From: Histomonas meleagridis 2922-C6/04-290x
Taxonomy: Eukaryota > Protista > Parabasalia
Direction of reading: 5' to 3'
DNA length: 64,000 nucleotides
NCBI GenBank assembly: GCA_020184695.1
Contig: JAANOX010000188.1
Coordinates: forward strand, 1-64,000
Each line of letters begins with the position of its first letter. The stretch's first letter is position 1. The translations under genes were made by a program, and so were the position numbers. Positions 42,800 through 54,436 of this stretch are shown one piece after another. The notes under the pieces were generated by a model that made no database searches, was not told the DNA's origin, and worked only from the letters and a program-made list of their open reading frames with translations.

Positions 42800-44179
42800 T
42801 TAAGAAAACGGTTCCCTGCATATCGGACAATTTAATTGTTCCTCCATCCATCTTTTTAGACATTTTTCGTGAAAGCAATGCCCACATGGAGTCACCATTG
42901 ACTTCTGATTTTCATGAATTATTTCAAAACAAATTGCACAATTCACATTATCTATTATTTCATGATCAAAGTAATCAAAACTTCTGTCTTTATGTTCAAA
43001 ACATAATCTTCCGCCAAACTTATTTTGTAGAAGAACAATTATGCTTTGTAATAATGTATATGTTATTAAAATTATTCCATTCAAGGGATTATAAGTTCTG
43101 GAATAATTGTTTGGATATAGTAAGAAATAAACCAATGGAAACACTCTTTCAATAGTAATTACAATTACAAAAAATGTATCATTTTTAGTTCCTTTTGCTG
43201 CATTCCAAGCAGAATGGAATATTTGTGGGATAAAAAACGAATATATGAAAAGTGATGGTAATAAATATATTTCATCACCAAAAAAATAAGTGAGCATTGT
43301 TTCAAAGAATAACAATAATATAAATATTGCCCAATAAGTGTCATAAACTAAATTTTGTCGATTTTCATCTCTTTGAAAATGTGAATATGAAACTATTATT
43401 CGAATATATATTACAGACCATACTAAAAGATAAAATGATGTAATAAATACATTTATAATCATAAAAAGTTTTCCAAGAAATTCTTTTTCAATGCTTATGA
43501 GCATAAATTGAGAATAACAAAAGGAAAATGTAATATGCATTGCAAATGAAATTGGAGAAAGTTTAGATATTTGTGCAGGTGAATCGAAATTGTTTTTAAT
43601 TGTTTTCCAACCATAACAAGAAAGAACAAATAAAATTGAAGAAATTATTGCAAATTTTTTTCCTTGTATAATATAGGGTAAAGCATCAATCTCAAAAGCA
43701 TTAAAATGAAACTTAAAATTTGTTAAAACAATAACTCCTGTTATACATTTGTCACTTAAATAAACTTGTTTTCGAGGTGGTTTTATTCGACTCATACAAC
43801 CCCATAAATATTTATAATCAATTATTGAATAATTCTGTTCGGTTAAATATTCCATTAAGTAAAAATTCATTTTATCAGGTGAATCAGTAAATAAAATTGA
43901 TCTTTTCGATATAATTTTCTGAAATATTTCTTCTGCATTTGTTATTCCCATGATTTTATTAGAATTAAAGGCAAAATAACAATTTTTATCAGGAGATGAT
44001 ATTCCATTCATTTTAAATGTCATAACATTATATCCATTTAAAATCGAAACTAAAAAAGAACATTTATCTTCCTCATTTGACTCTAATATGATTTTAATTG
44101 ATAAAGTTGTATTCTTTTTGAAGCTTTGAATCTTTTCTCTACCTATATATTTAGAAATTAAACTAATTAAAAATATCAA
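42800..44179 (-). CDS. Multi-pass membrane RING-H2 E3 ligase (Tul1/Dsc1-like); start uncertain
   Basis: ~7 TMs, FFIPQIFHSA motif, and C-terminal CAIC..PCGHCFHEKCLKRWMEEQLNCPICR. The ORF begins at TTG with no nearby in-frame ATG. Confidence 0.78.
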   Translation of the reverse strand: MIFLISLISKYIGREKIQSFKKNTTLSIKIILESNEEDKCSFLVSILNGYNVMTFKMNGISSPDKNCYFAFNSNKIMGITNAEEIFQKIISKRSILFTDSPDKMNFYLMEYLTEQNYSIIDYKYLWGCMSRIKPPRKQVYLSDKCITGVIVLTNFKFHFNAFEIDALPYIIQGKKFAIISSILFVLSCYGWKTIKNNFDSPAQISKLSPISFAMHITFSFCYSQFMLISIEKEFLGKLFMIINVFITSFYLLVWSVIYIRIIVSYSHFQRDENRQNLVYDTYWAIFILLLFFETMLTYFFGDEIYLLPSLFIYSFFIPQIFHSAWNAAKGTKNDTFFVIVITIERVFPLVYFLLYPNNYSRTYNPLNGIILITYTLLQSIIVLLQNKFGGRLCFEHKDRSFDYFDHEIIDNVNCAICFEIIHENQKSMVTPCGHCFHEKCLKRWMEEQLNCPICREPFS

Positions 44180-44528
44180 AAGATTTTATTGTATTTGCTT
44201 AAGCAGTAAAAATAACCGAATGTTTTATTAAATTTTCATGAAGACTATAGTTAAAAACCTTTGCATTAACAAAGGTTTTCTTGAAAATATACTTTTTCTT
44301 CAAATAAAAAATAAATTTAATAAAAATCATTAATTTTTTATTTCAAATAAATTCAATGCTACATAATAATAATGTTGATTCGTATTGTTTCTTTAATAAT
44401 TTTTAATTGATATATTGGTTCGATAAAATTATTCTTTTATCAATAAGATACGTTATAATAAAATTGTTGTATTGATATTTTCAATTTTGAAAATTCTATT
44501 TATAAAAAGAAAATACCAATTTCAAAAT

Positions 44529-45104
44529 TCATTTATTTTTCATAGTCTTTTTTACCTTCTTTTTTTCCCATAATTCTCTTCTATCTCTTAAAATTAATGT
44601 TTCATAATAAAATGGATATAATCTATGTGAAATAATTTTTTTCCTTCTTAAAATTCCCATTTCTGTTCTATGTTTTAAAACTGTGTACCATCTATTTTTT
44701 ATAGAGCATGAAGTTCTTCCCGGTAATTTATCTGCAATTTGTGTCCAATGATTTCCATAAGCTTCTCTTAATTGAATTATATAGTCATCTTCCCATTGTT
44801 GATAAGGTGTTTTATTTATATCAGGATTAAGACGGAATTGCCATCTCTCACGACATTGTTTAGCAGTTCTTCCTGGTACTTGTTTAGAAATATCAGACCA
44901 ACGAATCTTTCCATCACAATTAGCCATTGCATTTAATAATATTCTATCTTCTACTTCACTCCATTTTCCTTTTCCTGGTGTTTCTTTCATTTGTTTGTTA
45001 TTAATCTGTGAAGGAAGTAAAAAAAACATACATGTATTAAAATATTCTTCAGTAGAAGCAGGAAGAGGTAAATCAGTAATTGGTGGTAAATTCTCTTGTA
45101 ACAT
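44529..45104 (-). CDS. R2R3 Myb-like transcription factor
   Basis: KGKWSEVED..W..I...PGRTAKQCRERW..LNP..W..WED..GNHWTQIA..LPGRT..IKNRW. Confidence 0.93.
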   Translation of the reverse strand: MLQENLPPITDLPLPASTEEYFNTCMFFLLPSQINNKQMKETPGKGKWSEVEDRILLNAMANCDGKIRWSDISKQVPGRTAKQCRERWQFRLNPDINKTPYQQWEDDYIIQLREAYGNHWTQIADKLPGRTSCSIKNRWYTVLKHRTEMGILRRKKIISHRLYPFYYETLILRDRRELWEKKKVKKTMKNK

Positions 45105-45994
45105 GATAATTTTTATTGGCTTTTATAGCAATCAGATCATAATTCCAGAAAATCATAGATTTTATGAAGTTAAAAGAATATCTGAAATTAACATGCTAAT
45201 TTTATCAATATTGATTTTCTTTTTGAAAGCAAAAACATTTAATTAATTTATAAAATTGAAGCAAAGTTGGTTTTATTTTTCAGATTATAACAATTTGTTT
45301 GAAAAAATAAACCTCAAAGATAAACAACTTTCAGAAAATAAAAAAGAATAAAAATTATAACAGCAGATGAATTTAGAAAGCAAACAATTTTATGTAATCA
45401 TGATTATTTTGAGATAAAATTAAAACGATTTTTATAAAACATTTACCCGAAATATCAATAATATTCAAACATACCCTTTTTATCTGTAATACAAATTTTA
45501 TATAAATCCATTTATTAAATGATATAATAACATATAAAAATTAATTGAAACTCAAATTTTAACCAAAAATATTTATATATATATATAATATTTATTTTAA
45601 TAAAGCTATAAATCAAACTAATTAATGATAAATAAAATTAATTTAAATACAAGATCTATTCTTTAAGGTACTTAATTAATCTCAAGACCAAAAAACTGGT
45701 GCTTGGGCATGATTTTGTAAACAATTCAATTATGAGGTACCCGTATTTTTTAGGGTCTGCCCCATCGTAAGATGGACGTTAAGGCCTAAACATAAACTAG
45801 TTTATTTAACTCAGAATTTTCTGTTGTAAAATAGTGAAGTGGTACTTATCATACGAGGAGCAGACTTAATTTCTTGAAATATTCTGAAAAAATGTTAGGC
45901 TTTGCTGAACAAGGTGGTTAAATCTAATTAATTTAAACACAAACACATTTTTGTAAGAATATTCTCTTGATAAATCATTAACATATAAAGTGGT

Positions 45995-47065
45995 CATTCT
46001 CATTACACATCATATCATAAACAAACAAAATCATTTATACAAAACATTCTCATTACACATTATATCATAAACAAACAAAATCATTTATACAAAACATTCT
46101 CATTACACATTATATCATAAACAAACAAAATCATTTATACAAAACATTCTCATTACACATTATATCATAAACAAACAAAATCATTTATACAAAACATTCT
46201 CATTACACATTATATCATAAACAAACAAATCCACTTATACAAAACATTCTCATTACACATCATATCGCAAACAAACAAAATCATTTATACAAAACATTCT
46301 CATTACACATTATATCATAAACAAAACAAAATCATTTATACAAAACATTCTCATTACACATTATATCATAAACAAACAAAATCATTTATACAAAACATTC
46401 TCATTACACATCATATCATAAACAAACAAAATCATTTATACAAAACATTCTCATTACACATCATATCATAAACAAACAAAATCATTTATACAAAACATTC
46501 TCATTACACATTATATCATAAACAAACAAATCCACTTATACAAAACATTCTCATTACACATTATATCATAAACAAACAAAATCATTTATACAAAACATTC
46601 TCATTACACATTATATCATAAACAAACAAATCCACTTATACAAAACATTCTCATTACACATCATATCGCAAACAAACAAAATCATTTATACAAAACATTC
46701 TCATTACACATTATATCATAAACAAACAAAATCATTTATACAAAACATTCTCATTACACATTATATCATAAACAAACAAAATCATTTATACAAAACATTC
46801 TCATTACACATCATATCATAAACAAACAAAATCATTTATACAAAACATTCTCATTACACATCATATCATAAACAAACAAAATCATTTATACAAAACATTC
46901 TCATTACACATCATATCATAAACAAACAAATCCACTTATACAAAACATTCTCATTACACATCATATCATAAACAAACAAAATCATTTATACAAAACATTC
47001 TCATTACACATTATATCATAAACAAACAAATCCACTTATACAAAACATTCTCATTACACATTATA
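45995..47065. repeat. 50-bp tandem satellite, 21 units plus a partial, with an 8-unit (~400-bp) higher-order repeat
   Basis: Unit cattctcattacacattatatcataaacaaacaaaatcatttatacaaaa. The diagnostic gca variant occurs in units 6 and 14, and tccactt variants in units 5, 11, 13, 19 and 21. Confidence 0.97.
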
Positions 47066-47110
47066 CACAAAATCTTTTACAAAACGCGAAATTCATTGAC
47101 AAAATCCTTT

Positions 47111-49861
47111 TTACTTTTCATCTTTTTCTTCCTTTCCTACGTTCAGTCTCTTCTTTATATCATGCAGCCTCATTTCCGAGTGTTTCTTGAACGCCTTTGT
47201 GAACTCTATTGATTCCTGGCTCTTGTTCTTGAACAGCCACACCAAGCAGAACTCGAACGTTTCCTTTAAGAACAAATCATTTCTGAACAACGTGTGACTT
47301 GTCTTAAATATTGTCACTATTCTACCCATTGATTGTTTCAATATTTCGATAATTTTATTATTCAAATCCTTATCATTTTGTTTCAATATTTTTGCGGTGA
47401 ATTCGAATATTCTTCGTATTAAGTTATCATTATTTTTAATTATATTTGATAAAGTTTCAGATAAACTTTTGTTACATAACATTTTATATAATGATTTCGG
47501 CTTATCAACAAAGAAGTTCAATAATATCCAAGTGTTATGTAATATTAAGAAGTCGGAATCGATTAAATGTTTTGCTATAGCGTCTGAAAATTCGGGTTTT
47601 TCTACAATTACTTTCCGTGTAGTTTCTAATGTTAAGAATACATTTATAGCTTTAATTCTTTCTTTATATAAATTATTTGGGATTTCATGTAAATTCGATA
47701 CTAAAAATCCAACTGATGAAGATAACTTTTCTAAATTTAATTTGAAATCAATGATTAATCGATCATTAATTAATATTTTACAGATTGGTATTAATAACAA
47801 AGATAAATATCGATTATTATTTTCTAATGTATTTGTCTTATGAATTACATCATTTAATAAATCACATAATTCATTACATTGGAATTGGAAATATAATGTA
47901 TTACTTGTATTAATAATATGATTTAAGATTTGCGCTATAGCATATGGTATATTATATATATTATTGTTATTGTTTTGTAATAAGTTCGGTAATATTTCCC
48001 CAATTTTGGTGATGGATTTCGCAAATAAAAATGCGGCTTGATTCATACATGAACAATGTGATATTGACCAAAGTTTAGATGAATCATTCTCTTGTGAAAT
48101 CCATGTCAAAAATTCGGACCCTAATAATATCCGATGAATTCGTGTGGAATTAGAATGTAATAACATTAGAAATGATCGATATAAATCTGTTCCTTTCTTA
48201 GATGTACGTAACTCTCGTAAAAATGTCTGATCAAATATTATAGTCGATATTTTAGATGATATAGAATGACATTGTGAATATGCTATTGTATAAAACTTTT
48301 TCCCATTGTTCTCACGGAATAATGATAAAAAGTTATCTAAGAGATAAAAGCGATTAATTAAATTAAGTTTCTCATCATTATCTTTGATGGATGGTAACAT
48401 CTCAACTCGATATGGTGAAATATAATTAACTAATGATGTTAACTGATGAAAACTTCGTAAGTTTTCGGGTAAAATTATAACATTAATCAAATCAACAGAT
48501 TCTGTGGTAGTTATATATGAATTTAAGAAGTTGCCAACATGTAACTTGTCTAATAATGAACGATTAGATAATTGTAATAATCGAATTATGTTTTCACGTT
48601 TGCCAATAATCGGATCAATTAATGAGACAAATTTTTTGCCATTAACATCGAGATTTAATATCTGTGTGTACTGTGCGGTGTTCAAATTGAAGTTAAGAAT
48701 CTTAAAAATACAATTTATGTTGGTATAATCTAACTGATTTGTGGTAATTAAATTTTGGACTTTGTCAATGTTCTTCTCTGGAATACCTAATACACAGACA
48801 TTAGGTTTGATGGTGGTTTGACTTTTAGTGACGGGTTCATAAAGTCCATATGCAATACTATCAGATATAAATTTAGACTTATCAATACCAAAGACATATA
48901 AAACATGACTACAACGAAGACCATGGGTTGAAAACTCTTTGGATTTGGACCGGACTAAGGAATTTAGATTTTGGATTTTCTCCGAGATATTTGTTAAGTT
49001 AGTGACTGGTGGGATTTCATTTGCCCAAGATAGAAAGGCGGTGTCTAACACAGGATTGGAAGGTTCAAATATGTCAGCTTCTTCATCTTTGATGGGATCT
49101 AATGTGGCGACCGTTTGCATGCCCTTTGGTGGAATTGGACAAGACCTTAATGTATCATAGGTAACGTTGCACCATTTAACATATGCTTCTTCATATTCTT
49201 CATAAAAGTCATAAAGTATAGGATTAGGTTCAGATGCAACTAATGATGAACACCATTGATCTTGACTTGTAAGATGATGTTTAAAACATAATGGATCACG
49301 TTTGGGTACTTGTTCAGGGAAAAGTTCTTCGGGATCAATTTCATCTTTTTGATATAATTTGGTAAGCATTAATAAATAATTACGTGGAAGAAGTTGCCAT
49401 AATTCAGGTTTAAATGTCCTGAAACGACCTGGGTGCGCTTTTTCTTCTTTGGTAAAGATTTTAGGAGGTTCTGGTAAATAAAATTCTCCTGAAATTGGAA
49501 TAGGAAGTGTAACATATGAAAAATATATTGAGGCTTCCTTATACCAAAGTTCAAAAGCTTGTTTAAAGTCTTCTTTGTTTTGATATTCTTTTGGATTTGG
49601 AAAAGAAACCAAAATTTTGTCCTGTGGTTTAAATGTTGAAGGAAAAATATCTTTAGTGAATACATCCTGAAAGTCATTAGAATTATTTAATGCATAAACA
49701 TCCCCATTAATTGGTTGGTAATATTTGTCAAGAGGTGTAAAATCACCATTAATATAATAAGGAATTTGATCACCAGAAACATGTTCATTAGCGTCATGAG
49801 GTGGGATGTCTATGAAATCATATGTCATTTTGAGTGTTGTTTCTAATCCTTTAGTCCTCAT
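47111..49861 (-). CDS. Hypothetical 916-aa protein (Pro-rich N-terminus, helical/ARM-like C-terminus)
   Basis: Long uninterrupted ORF with ATG start; no family recognised. Confidence 0.7.
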   Translation of the reverse strand: MRTKGLETTLKMTYDFIDIPPHDANEHVSGDQIPYYINGDFTPLDKYYQPINGDVYALNNSNDFQDVFTKDIFPSTFKPQDKILVSFPNPKEYQNKEDFKQAFELWYKEASIYFSYVTLPIPISGEFYLPEPPKIFTKEEKAHPGRFRTFKPELWQLLPRNYLLMLTKLYQKDEIDPEELFPEQVPKRDPLCFKHHLTSQDQWCSSLVASEPNPILYDFYEEYEEAYVKWCNVTYDTLRSCPIPPKGMQTVATLDPIKDEEADIFEPSNPVLDTAFLSWANEIPPVTNLTNISEKIQNLNSLVRSKSKEFSTHGLRCSHVLYVFGIDKSKFISDSIAYGLYEPVTKSQTTIKPNVCVLGIPEKNIDKVQNLITTNQLDYTNINCIFKILNFNLNTAQYTQILNLDVNGKKFVSLIDPIIGKRENIIRLLQLSNRSLLDKLHVGNFLNSYITTTESVDLINVIILPENLRSFHQLTSLVNYISPYRVEMLPSIKDNDEKLNLINRFYLLDNFLSLFRENNGKKFYTIAYSQCHSISSKISTIIFDQTFLRELRTSKKGTDLYRSFLMLLHSNSTRIHRILLGSEFLTWISQENDSSKLWSISHCSCMNQAAFLFAKSITKIGEILPNLLQNNNNNIYNIPYAIAQILNHIINTSNTLYFQFQCNELCDLLNDVIHKTNTLENNNRYLSLLLIPICKILINDRLIIDFKLNLEKLSSSVGFLVSNLHEIPNNLYKERIKAINVFLTLETTRKVIVEKPEFSDAIAKHLIDSDFLILHNTWILLNFFVDKPKSLYKMLCNKSLSETLSNIIKNNDNLIRRIFEFTAKILKQNDKDLNNKIIEILKQSMGRIVTIFKTSHTLFRNDLFLKETFEFCLVWLFKNKSQESIEFTKAFKKHSEMRLHDIKKRLNVGKEEKDEK

Positions 49862-50547
49862 TTGCTTTGTCTGTTGGTATTAAAAAATAAACTATAGAAA
49901 AAGGACGTTTCTCAATATGGTTTGTGAACTGACAAACTGCTTTTTCATTGAGATTCTGCGGTTGTTGTTTTTTTTTTCCTGTAGGTAATTTCTAAAAATG
50001 TTTAAAATTGGAACCGAAATAAAAATTTATATCAAAATTCTCGTCATGTATTATCATAAGGACAATGTTAATAGAAAAAACATCATGTACTATGAATAAC
50101 TTAAATTATTAATTTTCACAATGCATCGAAAAAAATAAAAAGAAATTGGTTTTTCAATATACACACCTTCTACAAAACTCCTGGTTTGATATAATACATC
50201 TTTTTATTGCTTAATATTGATGTGTATTGAATTTATTTCTACAAAAATCGAAATTTAACATCATGAAAATATTAGCGTTTTTCAACTTGAATAAAGTTTT
50301 AATGCAAAATAAAATCATAAATATATAAAACAATATTTTTAGAGTATGTCTATTAATATCCGGAAAAATATTTTCTTCTTTATTCTTTTAACGAAAGTTT
50401 TAAATATGTAATGTAATCTATTGTTTTTATGAGAAATTATTTTTAAAAATAGCATTTTCTGGGAAATAAAAAACCAAATTCATAAAAATATCAACATCTT
50501 ATCCCATTTTATTTTCTGTCTAATATAATTATTTTTAAATTTTTTAA

Positions 50548-51852
50548 ATGAAATATTTTCATAATGAATTCATTAACAAAACAAATAATGTTTTAAGTAA
50601 TGGTTTCTCTATTGCTGCTTATGTTGCTAAAGAGATGAAGTTTTTAGAAGAAAGTGAATTTGCAGCCAAACGAGCTTTTAGTTATAATCCAATTAATGAA
50701 AAGGTATTAGAAAAATTTCCTCATTTTCAAACGTTGATTTCTATTGTGCATAAAAAAATTGATCATGAAATCTTAAGTGCAATTATAAACTGGAAAAAAT
50801 TAGGGAATTATTACTTCGTAATAGGTGACTTTCCAAATTCGTTTGCTGCTTATTCACATGCTCAAAATATGAATTCTAATGAAAAAGATCCTGTTTTTTT
50901 ATATTTATTAGGTATAATTTATCATCATTATGATTATTATCAACATTCACTTTTATGTTTTAAAAAAGTTATTTTATATAATCAGAATTATGATTTTTTA
51001 AGCGATATATATTTTAGATTGGGAATTGTTTATAGAAATATGAATAAATATTCAAAATCATTACAATATTTTAGGAAATCACAATTAAATCCACCACATG
51101 GTTTAAGTTTAGAAGATATTATAATGCAAATTGCTCATACATATCATTTAATGAATGAAAATCAAAAAGCTGGCGAATTATATATAGAACTTATTGGAAA
51201 GCATCAAAAAAATAAAATCATTAAACAAGAATATTATTGGTTTTTATTATCAATAGCAACGACAGAAAATTTAATAGAAATGTCAAATGAAATTAATGAA
51301 AATTTAAAGAATTCTGGGTTCGATCCTATTTATTATCATATTTTAGCAAAAATTCACATGAAATTAAATGATTATGCAACATCACTTCGTTTATTTCAAT
51401 TATGCGTAGAATATTTTAATGATAATCCTATTTATTGGTGTAATATAGGTTCACTTTATTGTTTATATGGTAATTATCAAGCTGCAATTATATCATTTCA
51501 AAAGGCAATTTATTTAAAGAAAGATGTAGTTGAAGCATGGTTAAACATGGGTTATATTTATGAGCGTCAATATGATATCCAAAATGCAATAAATATTTAT
51601 TCAATTGGAAAGCAAAACTGTCCTGAAAATCTCGAAATTATTAAAAGATTTTTCGAATTACAAAAAACAAATAACAAAGAACAAATAAAATCACAACTAA
51701 TTAACATTGATTGTTCAAAGACATTTATGCAACATTCAGAACAATTTGCTAATGAATATGTAAAAGCAGTCCCATTGTTTCCATCATCATGTTTTGATGA
51801 GACAATAGATTTTAACATGTTGTCTACATTGCCTAAATCAAACTTTTTGTGA
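50548..51852 (+). CDS. TPR protein, Ssn6/Cyc8-like corepressor family
   Basis: Serial TPRs: WKKLGNYY, DPVFLYLLGIIYHHY, DIYFRLGIVY, NPPHGLSLEDIIMQIAH, YWCNIGSLY, AWLNMGYIYE. Confidence 0.7.
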   Translation: MKYFHNEFINKTNNVLSNGFSIAAYVAKEMKFLEESEFAAKRAFSYNPINEKVLEKFPHFQTLISIVHKKIDHEILSAIINWKKLGNYYFVIGDFPNSFAAYSHAQNMNSNEKDPVFLYLLGIIYHHYDYYQHSLLCFKKVILYNQNYDFLSDIYFRLGIVYRNMNKYSKSLQYFRKSQLNPPHGLSLEDIIMQIAHTYHLMNENQKAGELYIELIGKHQKNKIIKQEYYWFLLSIATTENLIEMSNEINENLKNSGFDPIYYHILAKIHMKLNDYATSLRLFQLCVEYFNDNPIYWCNIGSLYCLYGNYQAAIISFQKAIYLKKDVVEAWLNMGYIYERQYDIQNAINIYSIGKQNCPENLEIIKRFFELQKTNNKEQIKSQLINIDCSKTFMQHSEQFANEYVKAVPLFPSSCFDETIDFNMLSTLPKSNFL

Positions 51853-51911
51853 ATTTTTTTTTTATTAAAAAAAACTAATTTTCAAATTCTATTGATAAAT
51901 AAAATTTCATT

Positions 51912-52889
51912 ATGGTTTTATGTAAACATTGTCATAAGGAAAAAGCACAAGTTGTTCGACCAGAAACTGGAGAAAAGTTATGCAGAGCATGTTTTTCTGT
52001 TGTATTTGAAGAAGAAGTTTATCAAACAATTCAAAGATTTCATTTAATTGACAAAGGAGATATTGTTGCAATTGGGGTTTCTGGTGGTAAGGATTCCACT
52101 GTCCTTATGCATATTCTCAATACTTTGAATATACGTTACAACATGGGATTTGAAATCCAGCTTGTTTGTATTGATGAAGGAATCACTGGTTATCGTGATC
52201 ATGCTTTAGATACTGTTGTGAAGAATTCAGAAAATTACAAACTTCCACTTACCATTCTTAGTTTTACTGGTATCTTTGGTTGGACATTAGATCAAATTTT
52301 TCAAGCTACTCATACCCGTGAAACATGTACATACTGTGGTATCTTCCGACGTAGAGCACTTGATATAGGTGCACAACACGTCAAAGCTACTAAAGTGGCG
52401 GTAGGTCACAACGCCGATGACTTAGCAGAAACCGTTCTTCTTAACGTCCTCCGCGGGGATGTTTCTCGTTACGGACGCTCTGTTGATATTAAAACAGATG
52501 GTATTGAATCTAGATTAAAAGGTTCAGCAATTGCTCCCCGAATTAAACCTTTTGCTTTTCAAAACCAAAAAGAAATAGTTTATTATGCACATTTTAATAA
52601 ACTTCTTTACTACGCTGTAGAATGTACTTATGCAGTACAATCATTCCGTAGATTTCCTAGAGAATACTTAGTGGCAAAACAACAAAAAGATCCAGGAGTA
52701 ATGAGAAGAATTATTGAGGGAGCAATTATTTACCAAGAACAAAATTCTGGCTTATTGGCAACATCCGAAGAAATAGGGTTTTGCAAAAAATGTAGTGCTG
52801 CATGCAATCATGACATATGTATGGCTTGTAGATTAATAGAAAGGTTAGAAGCTGGATATGCTAAAAAGCAGATAGTGGAAGGAAAGTGA
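51912..52889 (+). CDS. CTU1: Cytoplasmic tRNA 2-thiolation protein 1 (Ncs6)
   Basis: N-terminal CxxC..CxxC, PP-loop SGGKDS, CTYCGIFRRRALD, GHNADDLAETVLLN, ECTYA, C-terminal CxxC..CxxC. Confidence 0.95.
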   Translation: MVLCKHCHKEKAQVVRPETGEKLCRACFSVVFEEEVYQTIQRFHLIDKGDIVAIGVSGGKDSTVLMHILNTLNIRYNMGFEIQLVCIDEGITGYRDHALDTVVKNSENYKLPLTILSFTGIFGWTLDQIFQATHTRETCTYCGIFRRRALDIGAQHVKATKVAVGHNADDLAETVLLNVLRGDVSRYGRSVDIKTDGIESRLKGSAIAPRIKPFAFQNQKEIVYYAHFNKLLYYAVECTYAVQSFRRFPREYLVAKQQKDPGVMRRIIEGAIIYQEQNSGLLATSEEIGFCKKCSAACNHDICMACRLIERLEAGYAKKQIVEGK

Positions 52890-52921
52890 AACTTTAAGAA
52901 AATCTTGCGAAATAAAGATTT

Positions 52922-53416
52922 TTATCTAATGAAAATAATCAAAACAATACATAAAAGAATAACAAATGGAAGCCATATTCGAAAGTAATCTGGCACTGTG
53001 AGAGTTTGTCCATTTAGAATTAAGCCCCAAATAATTTTGATTGTTGCACCATTCACCCATTTTCCAAAAAATGGCGGAATTGGTTTGTAGCCAATTTTAT
53101 CAAGTACAGATGCAGCAAAGTAATGGCAATTTGAACAAAGAATATTGTAATTAATACTGCCAAACTCACATGATACGTCTTCAATCGCTCGATCCCAAGT
53201 TTCGCAATCAATGTTTATTTTCCACTTTCTTTGTGGCCTTCCGAATAACATTCTTCCAGTTCCAATTGTATATGGACCTTGAAAATCATATGTTGTTCCT
53301 TCTGAATCTGCAACACCAACATGACCAATAAAAGGACATATCCAAGAAAGACCAGGTATTGTCGACCAAAGAACATAGCATTCACGTTGCCGAATTAAGT
53401 TTGTTTCTTCTGCCAT
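52922..53416 (-). CDS. TMEM222 / RTE1-like (DUF778) protein
   Basis: VLWSTIPGLSWICPFIGHVGV...DFQGPYTI...FGRP...YNILCSNCHYF. Confidence 0.88.
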   Translation of the reverse strand: MAEETNLIRQRECYVLWSTIPGLSWICPFIGHVGVADSEGTTYDFQGPYTIGTGRMLFGRPQRKWKINIDCETWDRAIEDVSCEFGSINYNILCSNCHYFAASVLDKIGYKPIPPFFGKWVNGATIKIIWGLILNGQTLTVPDYFRIWLPFVILLCIVLIIFIR

Positions 53417-53694
53417 AAAACAACAAAAAAATTATTTTTATATAGACCGTTAATTTCTTTTTACCCAAAAAACAGAAAATTACAAATCTTTCTCCTTAGT
53501 AAAGAACAATTTTTTATTTAAAAAACATTTTCCATTCTAGCGTTAAATATTTTCATGCTTTAATTGGGTTTTCAGAAAATCAAATTTGATATAAATTTAT
53601 GTATGCTTCTTCTTTCATTATTTATACGTAATCTTTTACACATCACTCACTCCGTATTTACATATTAGATTTCGTGCATTTCAAATTAATATTT

Positions 53695-54345
53695 TTAATG
53701 TTGAACATTGGATTTGCATTCCAATAGAATCGGTTCTTTTTGCCACATAATGAAAAACAAAGTTTGAACTGATGCTTCATCGAGATCAGTTGTTGCCTTT
53801 TTGAACTCATCAATTAGGGAAAGGCTTGGAATTTTTTGAGGATCAGTATTAAGAACAAGAGATTCTTCTTCTTCCTCTTCTTCTCCTAATGAAGAACCAA
53901 GTTCATTTTCATCACTTTTTGTTTTTGTTTGTTTATCATAAAAAGAGTAAAATGTGTTTGTTAAAATTGTTATTAATGTGGAACGTGGAAGTACCCCTTT
54001 TTTAAGTTTGTCCAAAGTTTTAAAATAGGTGAGAAAATGATACATAAATTGAGGGAAAAACAAGCAGCAAGGCAAAGCTAATAAAAAATTTCCAAATGCT
54101 ATTCGATGAGAAATAAGTGTTCCTGATGAAATCGTTGGATCAACACACTCACAAACAAATGCGACAAAACTGTATGGAATTTGATCATTAATAACGGAAA
54201 GAATGGAGTAAAAATCATCACAATTCAATCGAGTATCTGGAGGAAATTTTGCAAACGCTTCTAGAACATGTGTAACAAATTCTTTTCTTAATTCGAATGA
54301 TTGAAATATATCATTAAAATTAATTTGGAAAGAGTTCACTTTCAT
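53695..54345 (-). CDS. Conserved hypothetical protein, possibly C11orf49/CSTPP1-like
   Basis: RKEFV..V..AF, LNCDDFYSILSVI..QIP and IAFGNFLLAL...FFPQF recall the C11orf49 pattern; recognised by eye only. Confidence 0.45.
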   Translation of the reverse strand: MKVNSFQINFNDIFQSFELRKEFVTHVLEAFAKFPPDTRLNCDDFYSILSVINDQIPYSFVAFVCECVDPTISSGTLISHRIAFGNFLLALPCCLFFPQFMYHFLTYFKTLDKLKKGVLPRSTLITILTNTFYSFYDKQTKTKSDENELGSSLGEEEEEEESLVLNTDPQKIPSLSLIDEFKKATTDLDEASVQTLFFIMWQKEPILLECKSNVQH

Positions 54346-54398
54346 ATCATTGACATTTCTGTTTTTATTGAAATAATAATGGCAATATCAACACTAAT

Positions 54399-54427
54399 AA
54401 CCGTTAAAACCGCAATGGTCAGCCTTT
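54399..54427 (+). promoter_or_regulatory. M3-like (AACCGTTA) and M5-like (CCTTT) core promoter elements of RPL12 in a 91-bp divergent intergenic region
   Basis: AACCGTTA at 54399-54406 and CCTTT at 54423-54427, ahead of ATG 54437; matches the Myb-like M3 and CCTTT M5 elements known from Trichomonas. Confidence 0.6.
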
Positions 54428-54436
54428 TGGAATCTA

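Noticed and set aside
45995-47065. CRISPR array
   Set aside because: The units are head-to-tail with no unique spacers, there are no cas genes, and the context is eukaryotic.
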